Shown here piece by piece: positions 41,857 to 56,010 of a DNA stretch of 64,000 nucleotides. Numbering within the stretch: the stretch's first letter is position 1; each line of letters begins with the position of its first letter. The position numbers and the translations under genes were made by a program. The stretch is from Kudoa neothunni (lineage: Eukaryota; Animalia; Cnidaria), in NCBI GenBank assembly GCA_964304625.1, contig OZ199839.1:1676093-1740092 (forward strand). The letters are read 5' to 3'. Under the pieces are notes generated by a model. It was not told the origin of the DNA, did not search any database, and saw nothing but the letters and a program-made list of their open reading frames with translations.

Positions 41857-44555
41857 GGTAGTGTCTCTTTTCACTACACCGGTGCATGTGCGGGGGATTA
41901 TAGGAATATATTTATTTCGCTTTTTCTACAGGTCATAGCGATTTTACAATCAAAATTGATTATAAAAATGATAAAATATATTTTTTATTATTAGGATGAC
42001 TACTAATCAGAACGTTATTTAGAACATTTCAAATAATTTTTTGGGATTCTAGGTCTAGCTTTTGATGTAATCTCTTTCATTTGGAATGTCATTATTTTAC
42101 TTGTCTCATTTTTTCATTAACACTACGAATGGCAGTTTTTCGAAATTCTGTAGTGAGTTGGATATCTCATCGCAAAAATTCCGACACTCCTCTCCACCCA
42201 ATGAATTTAATGTGTGTAGCATTCCTTGATTTAACTCATTATTTTTTCGAAACTTTAAATTGATAATTTCATTCTTTGAAGGATAATCTTCTAATAACAA
42301 TTCGTCGTCAACAAATGAATCCGACAATGTTGAATTATCATCATAAATTTCAGGAAATATATCAGGTGATTTTCCATTGAAAAAGTTATTTTTGGTCCAT
42401 CGTGTTGTAACGATTGATTAAATAATTTTTGTAAATATTTTTTACAGATTGATCCAATGATTGCATGGTAGATGATGCTGTAAAAAGAATGTACAGTCAT
42501 AGGCGAATGTTTCATTACTTTTTAACTACCATGGCAGAGTTTGATTTTAGGTGAACAAACAAATAAGATTTTGATTCCCACATTGTAATAAAATTATTGG
42601 AATTGAAATTTTCTAAAATCTTTTCCAAAAAATAAAAAGCAAAATGAATGAGGAGTTGATTTAATTCAGCATCATTGGATATTCTGTGTTCAGAGATAAT
42701 TGTTGCTATTTGGTAGTGATTTCACTATCCAATATATTAACATAACGAAGAATTTCATCTATCTGATTTGGAAACGGAGATTGTTTAGATAAAAAAGTTT
42801 TGAGTTTTCCATGGAGTTGTTCAATTCAATTGTTAGTATTGGATCCAAAAGTCATTATGTTTTTTCTCCAACATTGTGACCAAATATGAGAAATACCTAA
42901 CCAACATTTTGAAAGATACAAAAAATGTGCTATTCTTTTTTTTATTTCATCTACGAAAAATAGATATTCGTCGTATGATTTAGAATAAATGGTTTGTTTT
43001 GAAAGCGTTTTCAATCTATTTTTGGTATTTTTATTGTCTTCAAGTGAGTGAATTTTTCTACAAGATAAGAACATAACAATATATTTGCATTAAATAAAAA
43101 TTTCTTTCATGAATTAATTTCAGTTGAATCCTTATCAACAAAGATAACTTTTGTTATTATTGTTTCTCTCATTAATTTACAAAGCGAAGACATCACACTA
43201 TCAACAAAATTTTGAGTTTCATTTTTAACAGAAGCGAAGAAGATTGATCGAGTTCGTTCGTGAAAATCAACTACTTCAAGGTGGTACAATGGATATCTTG
43301 TTTTGTTTACTTTGTAGGTTGCGTCAATATGTAAAACTTGACCATAATTAGAATAGAGACTTTTCATGTTTTTTGTAGTGAAACAGAAAACGTTTGGTTC
43401 ATCCGATTCTGTTTCTTTGTAGATGTCGAGCAAGGGTTGACCATCATATTTTTTAGAAAGGTCTCACATAGAGAATGATACTTGAGTATTCTTCTTTGTG
43501 CGATGTTTCATATTTCTATTTTGTTTTAAACTGAAAGGGATATTCAAATCGGATTCAAGACTTTATTTACCCTTTTCCTATCTGCACTCCAATTAAAACA
43601 CAATAATAATGTTCGTTTCATCCCATCCGATATATTCTGATTATGACGGTAGAAGGATATGTCGTATTTTACATGATTGTGAGTTATATTGTAATTAAGC
43701 ACATATAACACCTCATTTTGAGTAGATATGGTAATAAATGCTGGGAAACGTTTTGAAAACGAGGACTGAGGTGCAGATGTACTTTTTTTGGATGGTTAAC
43801 GTTGCCATGTGGGAAGATATATTTAATATATCCGTAAATTAATTTTTCTTCGTTATTATTAACATTATCCGACTGATTATCATCATTTTTAAGTTAGATG
43901 CTCCTACCATTTCTGTAAGAGAAACCAGATTCCTTAATTTGAATGTAAGAACATAACATTTTATGATAGCACTTAAATATAATTATCAGGACATTGTTTC
44001 ATTTCGGTATATGAAGAAAATTGACTCTTAAATAATCGATGTACACTTTCCGCCTTATTATTTATTAAGACCGACTCACCACCATTACACGTGAGCCCAA
44101 TAATAATATAAACATATCGTCGCCAAATTATATTGTTGAAATAGATTTCGTAATTTCAATTTTATATGTTGAACTTCATTTATAGATTTCAACTTACATT
44201 GTTGATTATAAGACAAGACACTCGGTTGACTATTGTGAATTCTAACTGAAAATTCATTTTCATGAAATAAAAATTATTTTTTTGTATAAATAAGGAAAAG
44301 AATTCTTTTGCTGATTATTATCGCATTCTTAAATCATAAACCTTGTACATATACATCGATAATATGTTTCAAACAATGACAGTTAAGTTTTTTAATCTGT
44401 AATCATTTTACATAAGTAATATCTGAAAAATATATTTTATCATGTTTATAAGTTATTTTGTCAGTAAAAGCGTTAAAACCTACAGAAAAAAAGCGAAATA
44501 AATATAATCCTATAATTCCCTCGCATGCACCGGTGTAATGGAAAGAGACACTATC
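41857..44555 (-). mobile_element. Mutator-like element (MULE) with decayed transposase
   Basis: ~140-bp TIRs (ggtagtgtctcttttcactacaccggtgcatg.../...catgcaccggtgtaatggaaagagacactatc); perfect 9-bp TSD ataaattaa at 41848-41856 and 44556-44564. MULE domain YGQVLHIDATYKVNKTRYPLY...IFVDKD and WSQCWR...FGSNTNN in broken ORFs. Confidence 0.93.
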
Positions 44556-45713
44556 ATAAATTAATCGAGATTAGAAGAGATTGCTGATAACTTGTAAATC
44601 ACGTGAAATATATATTGCAAAATTTAGGATCAAACAAAGTTTTTTCTTTTCAATTTAGAAACCAACACGTTTTAAAATACATTACTTATCTAATTATAAT
44701 AATAATAATAATGGATTTTGCACAATAAATAGTAATTATAAAGTATGTGAAACCGGTCACTAACTAACTGTACAACTGTAATAGACGGTTTAGAGAGGAT
44801 TATTTTATGGGAGTGGTTACCGTAACAGATCATAATATCCAGGTGAGCGCAATTTTGAGCGTAGTTAATTATTTTTGACACTATTGGCGATAAAGATATT
44901 GAAAACAAAATTTAATATAACAGCTTCTAAAAACTAAACTTATACGAAAACCCAAAATGGAAGTTGTTGAGATAAAAAAAGGACGCTATGAAAATGTAGA
45001 TGCGATTTGAGATTAAAATTAACGGTTTCATTAACCGCAGCCTTATTTCATATATTGTGGTATTTAATATTTAATTTTATATTTAAAAGCTTTTGTAATC
45101 AAAAATTTACGTTTTGGAAAGTAAGTATATCAAATAATATCTTTATGTCATATTGACTTAATGTATTTAAAATTTGAAGGGAAGTTCTTGCAGATTAGAG
45201 GATTAATGGTGTTGACTTTGTCAAATAAATTCAACATTGGTATAAAATACCAATGTAAGTAAAACATTGGAATATAAATCTAGGGTTCATGTGTGTCATG
45301 TATTCCTTTTAATGTGCTCAATTTGGGTGTAATCAGAAAGTTAATTTCTTAAAATGGGGAAATCGTGCATTCTTCATTAATTTTCATTGTTAGAAATATT
45401 TAAACGGATTTAATACAAACTGCACCAAAAAGCTTCAGTTTATATTAATAAAGTGGTACCAAAATTTGTAACATTTGTCCGGGTTACCATAATTTCTCAA
45501 TCGATTAATTAGATTTATCTTTAATATTCTCAACGACGATTGATTATAAAAAAACACTTCAAAAATAAATTATTGATATCATTTTTAATTTAAAACTGTT
45601 TGAAAATAGGGAATTTAGAAATTTTTATGTTATTATTACGCATATACACATTGCAAACAGTCGCTATCACAAAAGTTCAAATGATGATGCGCGGGCACAA
45701 TAAATCGGGAGAC

Positions 45714-46351
45714 ATGGCTAGCGAAAATCAGAACCAAGATGGTGCTCTTGTGGACCTAATGACTCTACCATTGGAAGCTCTTATCTCGATCAAAAGAAAA
45801 ACAGAAGAAGAATTGAAAATGTTTTCTGGTTCTCATGAAAAATTGAGTGAATTATTGAACGACTTTGAAACATCTGTCGTGTGTGTGGAGTCATTGCAAA
45901 AAATTCAACCTCAAAAAGAAGTTATCGTACCGTGCAATCAAATAGTATTTTTTGGATATTGAAACAAAGAATTTATCTTCGGTTTAGATGTGTATGCGAG
46001 GAAAATTGGTTGATACCGATCGTGTGACTGTTGATATAGGAACGGGCTATTATGTTGAAGTGACACTTGATGAGGCCATAAATCAGTTTAAAAGAAAAAT
46101 TGAGCTTGTTCAAAATAAAATCACTGAGATACAGAAAATGTTAACTAATCATTCAAAACTTTTACCAGGTAATTAAATTATATTCAAAGATAATTCAAAG
46201 GGGTTAATTCGATTTTATTGTTCCGTTTAATTGACCAAATATCGAATTAGTCGTTGATGAAGTTGTTCAAAAACGAATTTCCGAACAAGCTTCCGCTCAG
46301 AAATCATCAGAGGTGCTTCCTACTATTTCGAACCTATCAGTGTCCAAATAG
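45714..46351 (+). CDS. PFDN5: Prefoldin subunit 5 (alpha type), 3 exons
   Basis: VDLMTLPLEALISIKRKTEEEL...EVIVPCNQI|MCMRGKLVDTDRVTVDIGTGYYVEVTLDEAINQFKRKI: prefoldin-alpha DIGTGYYVE motif with a PFDN5-type N-terminus. Confidence 0.93.
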
Positions 46352-47090
46352 ATACCCATTTTCAGACAATAACGTCAACCAAAAGATTTTTATGGATTAT
46401 TATACGCTAATTATATCCACCATCCAAATGATATAGAATAGCCTAGAATGTTCTTGTATTGTTTACTGATTGTTTTATTTGATTGCGCGATTGATTACTA
46501 ATTGGCCATAATTAATTGAGCATTCACTTAAGTATTGCTTAATCGTACACCAATTGGTAAGTGTTTGGTTACCATGATCACAAAACTCCTTCAATGGATG
46601 TAGTTAACCTAATGACATTCCGGTATGAATAGTTTATGTAGTTTACCATAATTTGTCTATTGTCGTACAGATTAAATCCTCTTTTAAATTTCTAACTATT
46701 TTTCTAAGTATCATTTCATTATGCGCTTAAAAAACTTAATTAATTAGATGAATCATTTTTATAATACGACAAATATTTGTAGGTCGTAAATAGGAGTTAA
46801 ATGGATCAAAAAAGAATTAACGCATGCGTAAATGATATTAAAAAAATATATTTTAAAATATTACTAATTTTTTAAAATATTAATTTTATTGTGATCGTGT
46901 ATAGAATGAACAAAAAATTGCTGAAAAAAGAATTTTTATTACGTTACGTAACATTATTATCTTTCTGTAAAAAACAGAATAAAAACTGTATCCGATTTTA
47001 TTTTTGAAAAATCCAAAATTCAATGTTTCGTAATATTAGTGACGATCAAAAAAATTCTCCCCATTCAAACAGAATACATTAGATGAAATA

Positions 47091-49117
47091 TTAAACTTTA
47101 TGTAATTCTAGGGATTGAATTTTTTCTGTCATCACTTCTGGCAGTTTTGTAGGAAGTTTTTGTTTTAAGTCGTTGACTACCTTTGAAAGGATCTCGGCTG
47201 AAATTTTCTGGTCAAATTCAAACTTCTTCACATCATCGCATACGCTTATAAATCCCTATAGATAGATAGATATAGATAAGGTCAGAAAAAGTCTGATAAG
47301 AGGATCGGATAAAACCAATTTTAATACTTGTTCGATCTGTTCATCAGTCATAAGCGCTGTATCAATGATGTGGCCTATCAGACTCACCACTCTTTCATAT
47401 ATAGGCTCGCTGTGATCAACAATAAGAATATTTAAGATCTAAAATAACAAAAATTTCATTTCAGTAAGAAATATTTTTATAGGATCAACTTAATGATATA
47501 ATCTCACATAGAAGGTATTTTTAAAATCGAAGCATTACTCAGAAATACTCATTTATTACCAAGTTAACAGAATTTAAAGTTTACTTAAAAACAATATTAA
47601 TAAATTCAAATAATCATAACTCTGATAAATTAACTTATTAACTTTGAGCATAAAATATGCATCATCGAGTTTAAAAAACAACCTCACGAATAATGGCATG
47701 ATGGAAGTGGGGCACATCTAGTTCTGTTACCGAGTTGAAAAACTATAAATGTAAGTTAACTAATCAAAAATTCATAAAATAATACGAAAAATACACGATC
47801 GAAATCACCGTCTTGAATAAATCGATCGATTATATGGAAAATCTGATAAAAAATAATAATAATATTAGGAATAAAACATAATTACAGATTGCAACAGATC
47901 ATGTATTCCTGTGACAACAGCTTCTTCGCCCCATATTTGGTCAGTGTCCACGTAAAGGGACATGTTCCTATATAGGAACTTGGCATGTTTCAAACATTTC
48001 CTTGGCGGAATATGATTATTAGTAATGGTTGATGAAACAATTGCTAATTAATACCTAATGATCAAACGTTTTCGTATCTGTAATTGATTTCTGAGATAGA
48101 CAGGTGGTAGACATTCGTCTGAAATAGCTCTAGCCAGAAATAATGCCAAGTGCTAAAATATTATAATGTCAAACAAGGCTGGCGATAAAGAATACATTAG
48201 AGGCCTCTGGAAAATCAATCGATAAATCATCGAGATCACTCAATAGCAAGTCAAAACCTGATTTCATTCATTTAAATAGAAATACGACAGCAGAATTTAA
48301 ACCTTTCATAAAGTCAAACTGATCGAGAATTTCAGCCATTGATATCTCAGCTAGATATCTTGAAATAAGTTCCCTGTGTTTGCTCTTGTTTACAAAATAA
48401 TTAGAATTTTAAAAGCGCCATTATTAACTTTGAAATTTAATGATTTTTCAATAACAACGTAGATAACCTAATAAAAATTACTGTTTAGATAAAAAATGTA
48501 TATATTACAAGTCTTTTGTAATCGGAGTCGAAAAGTTGCTTCAAATCATCCTAAAAATGCATTAACTGAAAGGATTCAGCATCCTTAATATGTACAATAG
48601 CCGCGGGTCACGTCACCGTTCATAAATAGATTCTAGATGAAATGTCAAAAACAATCATTAATTATTATTTTTGATGAAATAAGCTAAAATCATACCACAA
48701 TTGTTGAACCGAGCTGTTCAGCAAACTCCGAAGGGGATGTTAGTGCGCCTTCAAACACAGCTGAGTAGTCGTCACAGGCAGATGAATCCGAGTCAGATAT
48801 ATCACTAAAGCGGAAATTATAAGGTTGAAGTAGATCGTTCTGAATCTCATTGTTCAGTTGAGCTATATTTAGCGGAATTTAACACATTATACGCACAGCA
48901 GAGAATAATAATTCATTTAAATACCCTTTTCCGAAATTCTCCTAGATCTGTTGTAGGCACGATTTACTCGGTTACGACGTTTGTCCTTTACCTCACGTAC
49001 CAAGTTCCCGTCCAAATATGTTTTAGGTTTCATCGCTGAGCGTTTTCCAGTGTGTGCATCTTTCCTCAATGGATGATCTGCCTTTTTGCGAGTGTCCTTA
49101 ACCACGGTTTCTTCCAT
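47091..49117 (-). CDS. PDCD4: Programmed cell death protein 4 (two MA3 domains), multi-exon
   Basis: FAEQLGSTIVNLFMNGDV, HRELISRYL, FDLLLSDLDDLSIDFPEA, HLALFLARAISDECLPP, DQIWG, IDRFIQDGD and ELDVPHFHH match PDCD4 MA3-1 and MA3-2. One extra base at GGG 48605-48607. Confidence 0.9.
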
Positions 49118-50254
49118 CTAGCTTTTTGTTAACACTTAGCAAATCCTACAATTGATAGTTAAATTAAACACAAATAACACAACGAATAAGGTGAAAAATA
49201 TAGACATATTTAAAACTAAATACAACACATCAACCAAAAATAACTAACTGAAATTAACAAATTTATCGCTTTTATGTTTATAGTATCATAATGAAGCAGT
49301 TTTAGCCAGCAGCAAAAGATACCGAAACAAACCAAATCTATCGATAGAATAAACCCCAGTCAAAAATTGGAATATGATTTGATTTCAGATTTGAATATGA
49401 ATCAATTAAATTACCTTCTTTAATCGGATATGTGGAATACTTCGCATCTATAATCCTTGTTTAATATTGTCGTCACTCACATTTGAAAGTAGGCTGTTGT
49501 TGATTAGGTTTGACCTTTCCTAGCTGAAAACTAGTTATTTTAAAGTTTAATTTTGGGATATAACTAAGCTGGGATAAGAAAAATGTTATGATTTATTACT
49601 TTTTCGAACTGTTTTATTGTTATCACCTAATCTAAGTACTTGCTAATTTTCCAACACTAGATAATCCTATTTATTTGATACCTTTAATTTTATTTCTGAT
49701 AAGCCTGTATAGTGTCATATACTCCGGATGTAGAAGATTTGAATTCTTCTATAAATTTACTTTTTAAAAATAGATTTATAACCTTTCCAATCTAATAACC
49801 AGGTTTTAGTGCGGAAAAATACTATAATAATGAGTAAATTAGTTGAAATCTACCTTTAATCAATATTTAATCAAGTAGTAAACTAATTAATTTTAATAAA
49901 CAATATAAGTTACGTTCATCCCACACCAATGCTCAGATAAACCCACTCAACGGTCATTTAGTTTAGTTATGGTGTGTTGGATGAAAATTTACATGTAATT
50001 TTAATGTAGCGCTACCCGATTAATTTTAGTTTCCGCACCTCTTCTCAAAAAGAAATTATAAGGTAGATTTATTTCAGACATTAACAATATTTCTACAAAA
50101 ATTACACGAGGAAACTAATGTATATAAAACAAATACAACTGATGGTAAATTGAATGTCTTGACATTATTCATGTCTTTTTCGGAAATAATTATGTCTTAG
50201 TGAAGCTTCTTATGAGATAAAGATACATAAAAATCATAATTTGTAAATGAATTA

Positions 50255-51530
50255 CAGTAGTGTATAAGTCGTACGCAATATGGCTCCAACGCAATTTTTA
50301 AAAATTTACCTGTTTAATATTTATTTTGTTTTTATTCAAACTTAAGTAGATAACTCAATACAAAATAGATCATTTGTCAATAGATAATTGGATTTAAACA
50401 AAATATTAGGGTTGAAAACTTACTGTATGGATCTAACGCAAAAATGGCTCGAGCGTAGCGCTTTATATGAACTTTGCAAAAAATAATGGATGGGGCGTAA
50501 ATTTTAGCGAAACAAAAACACTTTACACTATCAAAAAACTCGGAATTATAAGATTTTACGATTTCATATCATATCATATCATATCCATCATATAATAAAG
50601 ATGCCAAGTTCCATTTTTGTATCTTTTCATGAAAAATAAAATAGGCAACTCACTATTCCTAAGAGTAAATTTTTTTATCATTTCTCGGCTATTTCGTAGC
50701 CCATCAAAAAATATTGGTCCAATGTAACACTGCTACTTTCCTTCGAACACAAAAAATGTGCGACAGGCATTGGATCATAGAATAGTTAAAGTTTTAAAAT
50801 GATGCATAAAATAAATCTAACGACGTCATTCATACATCAGATCCAATTTCAAGAAATTGGCTACATTCTAACTAATGCCTTGGATGTTATTCATTCGACA
50901 ATAAAATTATGGGAACACATTAAACGGTAACCATAGTTAACTGCTTTAGGAAATCATTTTTCCTCTCTGAAAATCCGCTAGATGATGTTCCTGATGATGA
51001 TAAATTTAAACATGACATAATTGAGCTAATTGAACTGATTGAACTGATTGAAGAGGAGAAATCATTAAAATTAACAAATATTATCGATGAAACTCTTGGA
51101 AGCAACACAGTCGACACCTGAAATTTTGACAACACAAGATTTTCCTGATTTTGCCATGGTTGATGACGGCTCTGATTATATTTATAAAGTTATTATATCA
51201 AACCAAGAGTAACTATATTAATTGGAAAAGGTGAGAAAACTCTTACTAAATAAAATTTTGTCAATGCTTGGTAATATAAACCGAATTTGAAATGACTGAC
51301 GTAATATTTGAACAATTTTTTAAGGACAAAAAATATAGAGCGTCATTTTAACAAAAAAAAGTATACTTGTTAATTTTTCCTTAAAATTCATTTATTATAG
51401 ATTATATTATTGATGGAAAACTGTTATTTTTGGCCTAACGCATGTGCTATTAGAATGTGTCAGCGCAAGAATGGATACAACGCAGTGGATTTCATCTTCC
51501 CAATTTCTGCGTTACATCCATACACTACTG
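50255..51530. mobile_element. Tc1/mariner-pogo superfamily non-autonomous element
   Basis: TA|cagtagtgtat ... atacactactg|TA, with a repeated subterminal tgg(N)aacgca motif at ~50281, ~50428, ~51431 and ~51472. Confidence 0.8.
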
Positions 51531-52399
51531 TAGACATTTAATAACTTAATGTAAAATATGAGAGGGGAATACTCGCTCATGTGCGGGCGGATGGATTTGT
51601 TAGTTATTCGTTTTAATTATGAATTTAAAAATTAGATGAGGAAAATGAACACGTTATCTAATCTTGAATGTAAATTTTTAGTTTATGTAATTTTTGATTG
51701 AACATTGATTTTAGCTTGAAGTCTAAATATTAAAAATAATTTAAACAAAAATATATAACTTAATTTAAACGCTAATTTAAGTTCAATTCTTATTTTCCTG
51801 AGAGTTGCTAAGTTCTAGATATACTTTATTCCATTTTTGTATTCATGCGTTTCGGTAGTTCACGAAATGAGTGTTTACGCTAGCACTAACAAGAGTTTAC
51901 TTAAAAAAATTGTAACATAATTTTTGTGAATTCAACCTACTTCGAAACATTCAATAACCTTTTTCATTTTTTACTAAAAACTGGACATTTTATAATTTTG
52001 TTGCATTGGGATATTAAAATATAAATTAATCAATAGCGTGTTCTCGTTGCTTTTTCGGCTCTAGCATAAAACCGTCATAAAAACTTACATTATTCTTGAA
52101 ATTTTATTATTAATTAATGAATGCATGTTTCATTTATCAATTCAATATAATTATAGTGAATAATGTTTTTGTGAAAATATGACAATATATAGCTCATACC
52201 TTGTGATTATGTGATAATGCAACGAAAAATTCACGATATTAGTCTCTCTGAGGAGTATTTTTGTAAATTTAGCATAATTATATTTAGTTGTATAGTATAA
52301 ATTCAATTTACAAACTACAGACTTATTTAAGCTGTGTTATAATGGAAGCAATATGAGGTCGAAAAGGCCACGATGAACTACCAGCATGCTAAATCCTAA

Positions 52400-53198
52400 T
52401 AACCCCTCACTTGTTACTTGAGAGATGAGGTATTGGAATTTGATCGACGAAGTTGATGAAATGAATTGCATCGATATTGTAACATTACCCACTGAAACCT
52501 TTGAAATTTTAACGGATGAAGAAGAAAGTTTTTTCAGCCGAGATTCAGATAATGTTGACATCAGGAATTTCTCCGAAGTTTGCGGGAAGTTGAGATATTT
52601 TCAACATTAAATATTGGTCAGACTGCTGAACACTCTATAGCCAAGTGGGAAAAAATTTTTGATTCAACAAATTTGTCCACCGATGCGGAAACCAATGTTT
52701 TTTCGAAAAACAAAAATGAATTTCCAACAAACATTTTGCTCGAAAAATACTATTCACTTGAAGCATTTTATGAATTTTTTGATGTACATTGTTAAATAAA
52801 GTAATTTGTACGCTCGCCAAAAGAATGACTATTCTTTCCATTTACCGTTAAAGGAACTAAAATCATTCATTGATATTTTGCTACTGTCTGGATATAATAA
52901 ATTATCCCAACAACGTATGTATTGGGAATCTGCAATGGACTCTGGAGTTGATATAATCAGGAAATGCATACTTTACAAACGCTTCAAGACAATAAAATCA
53001 TATATTCATTTGAATGATAACGCCAATTTAGATCTTGAAAACAAACTTTTCAAACTTACATCAATAATAAAAAAAACAGAATACAAATTTTAAAAAATTT
53101 AGTATTTTCCATAATAACGTTTTTTGTCGATGAGCGTATGGTTCCATATACCGGCCACCAATCATGCAAAATGTTTATGAGATGAAAACCAATTCGGT
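52400..53198 (+). pseudogene. Older piggyBac (PGBD3-like) transposase relic, interrupted by a second piggyBac
   Basis: ELKSFIDILLLSGYNKLSQQRMYWES...RFKTIKSYIHLNDN, then VDERMVPYTGHQSCKMFMR*KPIRF, ending exactly at TTAA 53199-53202. Confidence 0.85.
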
Positions 53199-53202
53199 TT
53201 AA

Positions 53203-56010
53203 CCCATTCAGGTTCCAATTTTGTATTTTTGGAAGATTACAATATTAAGTAAAACTAACAATATTATTATTGATTTTAAAAAAACTATTTTAAAATTTCA
53301 TCTCCTTACAAAGATACGTAGGTTTTTGCAATGTTGCGAAAACGCAACGAAAAACTTATGTGGGTACATAATTTGCGGATCACGTGACAAATGAAATTAA
53401 CAAAAACATTGAATTTTAAACAACAATTTAGTAATACCTATGTGACATATTATCTAAAAATTTATATTTTTTTGTTTTCTATATTTTTTAATGATATGGG
53501 TTGTAGTACGTTTGAGTGTCACTCGGTCTTCTTAGCCCAGCTTAGCGATAAAAAATTATTTTTAGTTCATATTTCAACAATATTTCCTTACTAGTAACAA
53601 AACCTCTAACTAATCCCTTATCTTGCCATGTGAGATTAAATTTTACACCTTTAACCCATTTAACTTACAATTTTGTAGTTTTTACATATCTGGTATTAGA
53701 CTTAATAACGATTATAATAATCATCGAAAAAAATAATCGAAAAAAATTAAATTATAAAAGAGTATATTCGAGAAGTACTTAGATTCCAAAAATGCAATGA
53801 AAAACTTTCCTTGTATGGGAATAAGATTACAACGCACATAAATAATATTTGTCAAATACATGAGAAAAAAAAGTTATCTACAAGAAAATTATAATTTTAA
53901 TCATTTACTTGTGGAACAGCCCCGAGCACTTTATATGAATATGATTTCCACAACTTTTACAAATATGGACAGTAGTGTTTTACATACCACACACCTACGT
54001 CTTATTTTGTGAGGATGAAACACCAATGTTGGTTTATTACATAGATTTGCGTTCTGCAATTTACCCAACAGAGACTTTCGGCCAATGCTGGTTTTTGTGG
54101 ATGTTACCAAGTCAGTCACTATATTCCTGACATGTTTCAACAAGTCAATTTGTGTGTTATTTACAATATTATAAATCCTCCATGAATTTACTACTGCCAT
54201 TGATATCATATTCGTAAAAATGGACCAATACCATTTTTTTCCTTTTATGTTAATTCTATAACAAGAAATTAAATTATCGGCAATATCTACTCCACCCATA
54301 AACTTATTATATGCACATTTCATAAATGGCTGACAAATAGTAATTTCTTTTTTCTTCGACTTACAGTATCTTTTGATGCTTTGGAGAGGGTGAGCGGTGT
54401 AGCAATTACTCAATGCGATAACAGGTTTTGTATCATTCCATTGAATGCAATGAATACCTTGTTGATCATCAGAAAACATCTCAAATTCTCCCCTTGTTTT
54501 TTTTGCCATTACTTGTTGGGGAGTAACAGGGCAATTTGATATTCTGTTTGATCTTAACGTTCCAGTAGCCTTGATATTTCTTCTTTTGAGCTCTTGTAAT
54601 AATTTTTGGGAAGTAAAAAAATTATCGAAGAACATATTGAGATCTTTTTCATTTTTTATTTCATCCGCAAAAGTGATTACGACACTACCACCCAAACCAT
54701 ATTTTTTATCATAATTTGCTGACTTTCCACTATACACGTCAAAACTATACATGTAACCGGAGGATGATGACATAACCCACTGCAACTGCTTGAAGCCGAA
54801 TCTAATTGGTTTATTTTTCATAAACATTTTAGCAGAATGCCTACCAGTATAAGGTACCATCTGCTCGTCCACAGATATATATTTTTCAAATATTCCAAAT
54901 TTTTTGAAATTTTTGTTAAATTCTTGAATTAAAGGGCGTACCTTGAAAAATCTCTCGGTGTTGTCAATATTTGAATTATTATTAAAATGGATGAACTTTT
55001 TATAGATTTAAAGCGTTTGTAGGTCATTGAACTTTTAACGAGTTCAACACCAGCGTCTGGAGAAGATTCCCCATACATAGACTGGCGTGCTAATCTATGA
55101 TAACCAGACAAAATCAGAATACCGATAAATGATTTCATTTCACTAATCGTAACATGAAAGTCATAGTTGTTATTCTGGCTCGCATATAAATTAGATTGTT
55201 TCACGATGCGTGTAAATAAATTTTCATCAAATAACTCCAAAAAAGTTCAATAAGAATTTAAGTTCCCTTCAAGCATTGATGAAAAATTATCCATATTCCG
55301 ATTGATTAATATAGTCTCATTCTGACATAAAAATTTTGATTTTTCTTGAGTAGAATGGACATTAGTTTTATCAGTCCATATCAAGGTATCATCATTTACG
55401 AAGGATTCAAGAGCCTCAGAAATTAAATTGATGTCACATATGCCATTAAAATTGGATTCAAAATTATCTTCAGTATCTGTAAGAGTGTCGACTTTTTCGG
55501 GGGGTAATAACACAAAATCAATCGACTCTAGATTTTCGTTATCTTCATATTCTTTGATTGCATCCAAAAGATTCATGTACGATTTTGGATCCATTGTACA
55601 GTGATACTTAAAGCAGCGCGCACAATTACCCCGTTCAGGGTTTTCGTTGCGTTTTCGCAACACATGTTTTTTACAAATAAATATTTATTCATTAATCCTT
55701 TGATGCATTCATTATCATATATAGATATTAAATGACAAATGGCAGTTGGTATGTTTTTTAATAAGATTTTCATGATCTGTGTTAGGCGAAACTCTAGTTG
55801 GTGTTCGTCTAGTTGGAATTTCAAAAATAGCACATAAAATCATATTTTGTTCAACCTTAAAATATGAATTAACTCCAATAATATTTGTTTCCATAAATTA
55901 ATATGTTTGGGTATTTAAAATAACAGAATACATTTAAAATAATAATTTTATATGTTGTTATATAATCAAATACATTTTGTTGCGAAAACGCAACGAAAAC
56001 CCTGAATGGG
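53203..56010 (-). mobile_element. Full-length piggyBac element (younger)
   Basis: TTAA|cccattcagg ... cctgaatggg|TTAA, an intact TTAA duplication; palindromic gttgcgaaaacgcaac motif near both ends. Confidence 0.95.
53931..55594 (-). pseudogene. piggyBac (PGBD3-like) transposase split by frameshifts
   Basis: ORFs 55247-55663, 54929-55240 and 53931-54872. DDD triad motifs VDEQMVPY, FFDNFFTS and MGGVDIADN; the C-terminal Cys domain begins RRCVVC and then shifts frame. Confidence 0.92.

Noticed and set aside
47964-47979. Perfect palindrome gttcctatataggaac
   Set aside because: It lies in an in-frame PDCD4 exon (KFLYRN) and is isolated; likely chance.
34470-50935. Recurring ggttacca/tggtaacc motif (RFX X-box half-site-like)
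   Set aside because: No complete X-box and no consistent position relative to genes.
51020-51052. Tandem attgaactg-like 9-mers as CRISPR-like or coding repeats
   Set aside because: Short slippage repeat without spacers inside a TA-flanked MITE.
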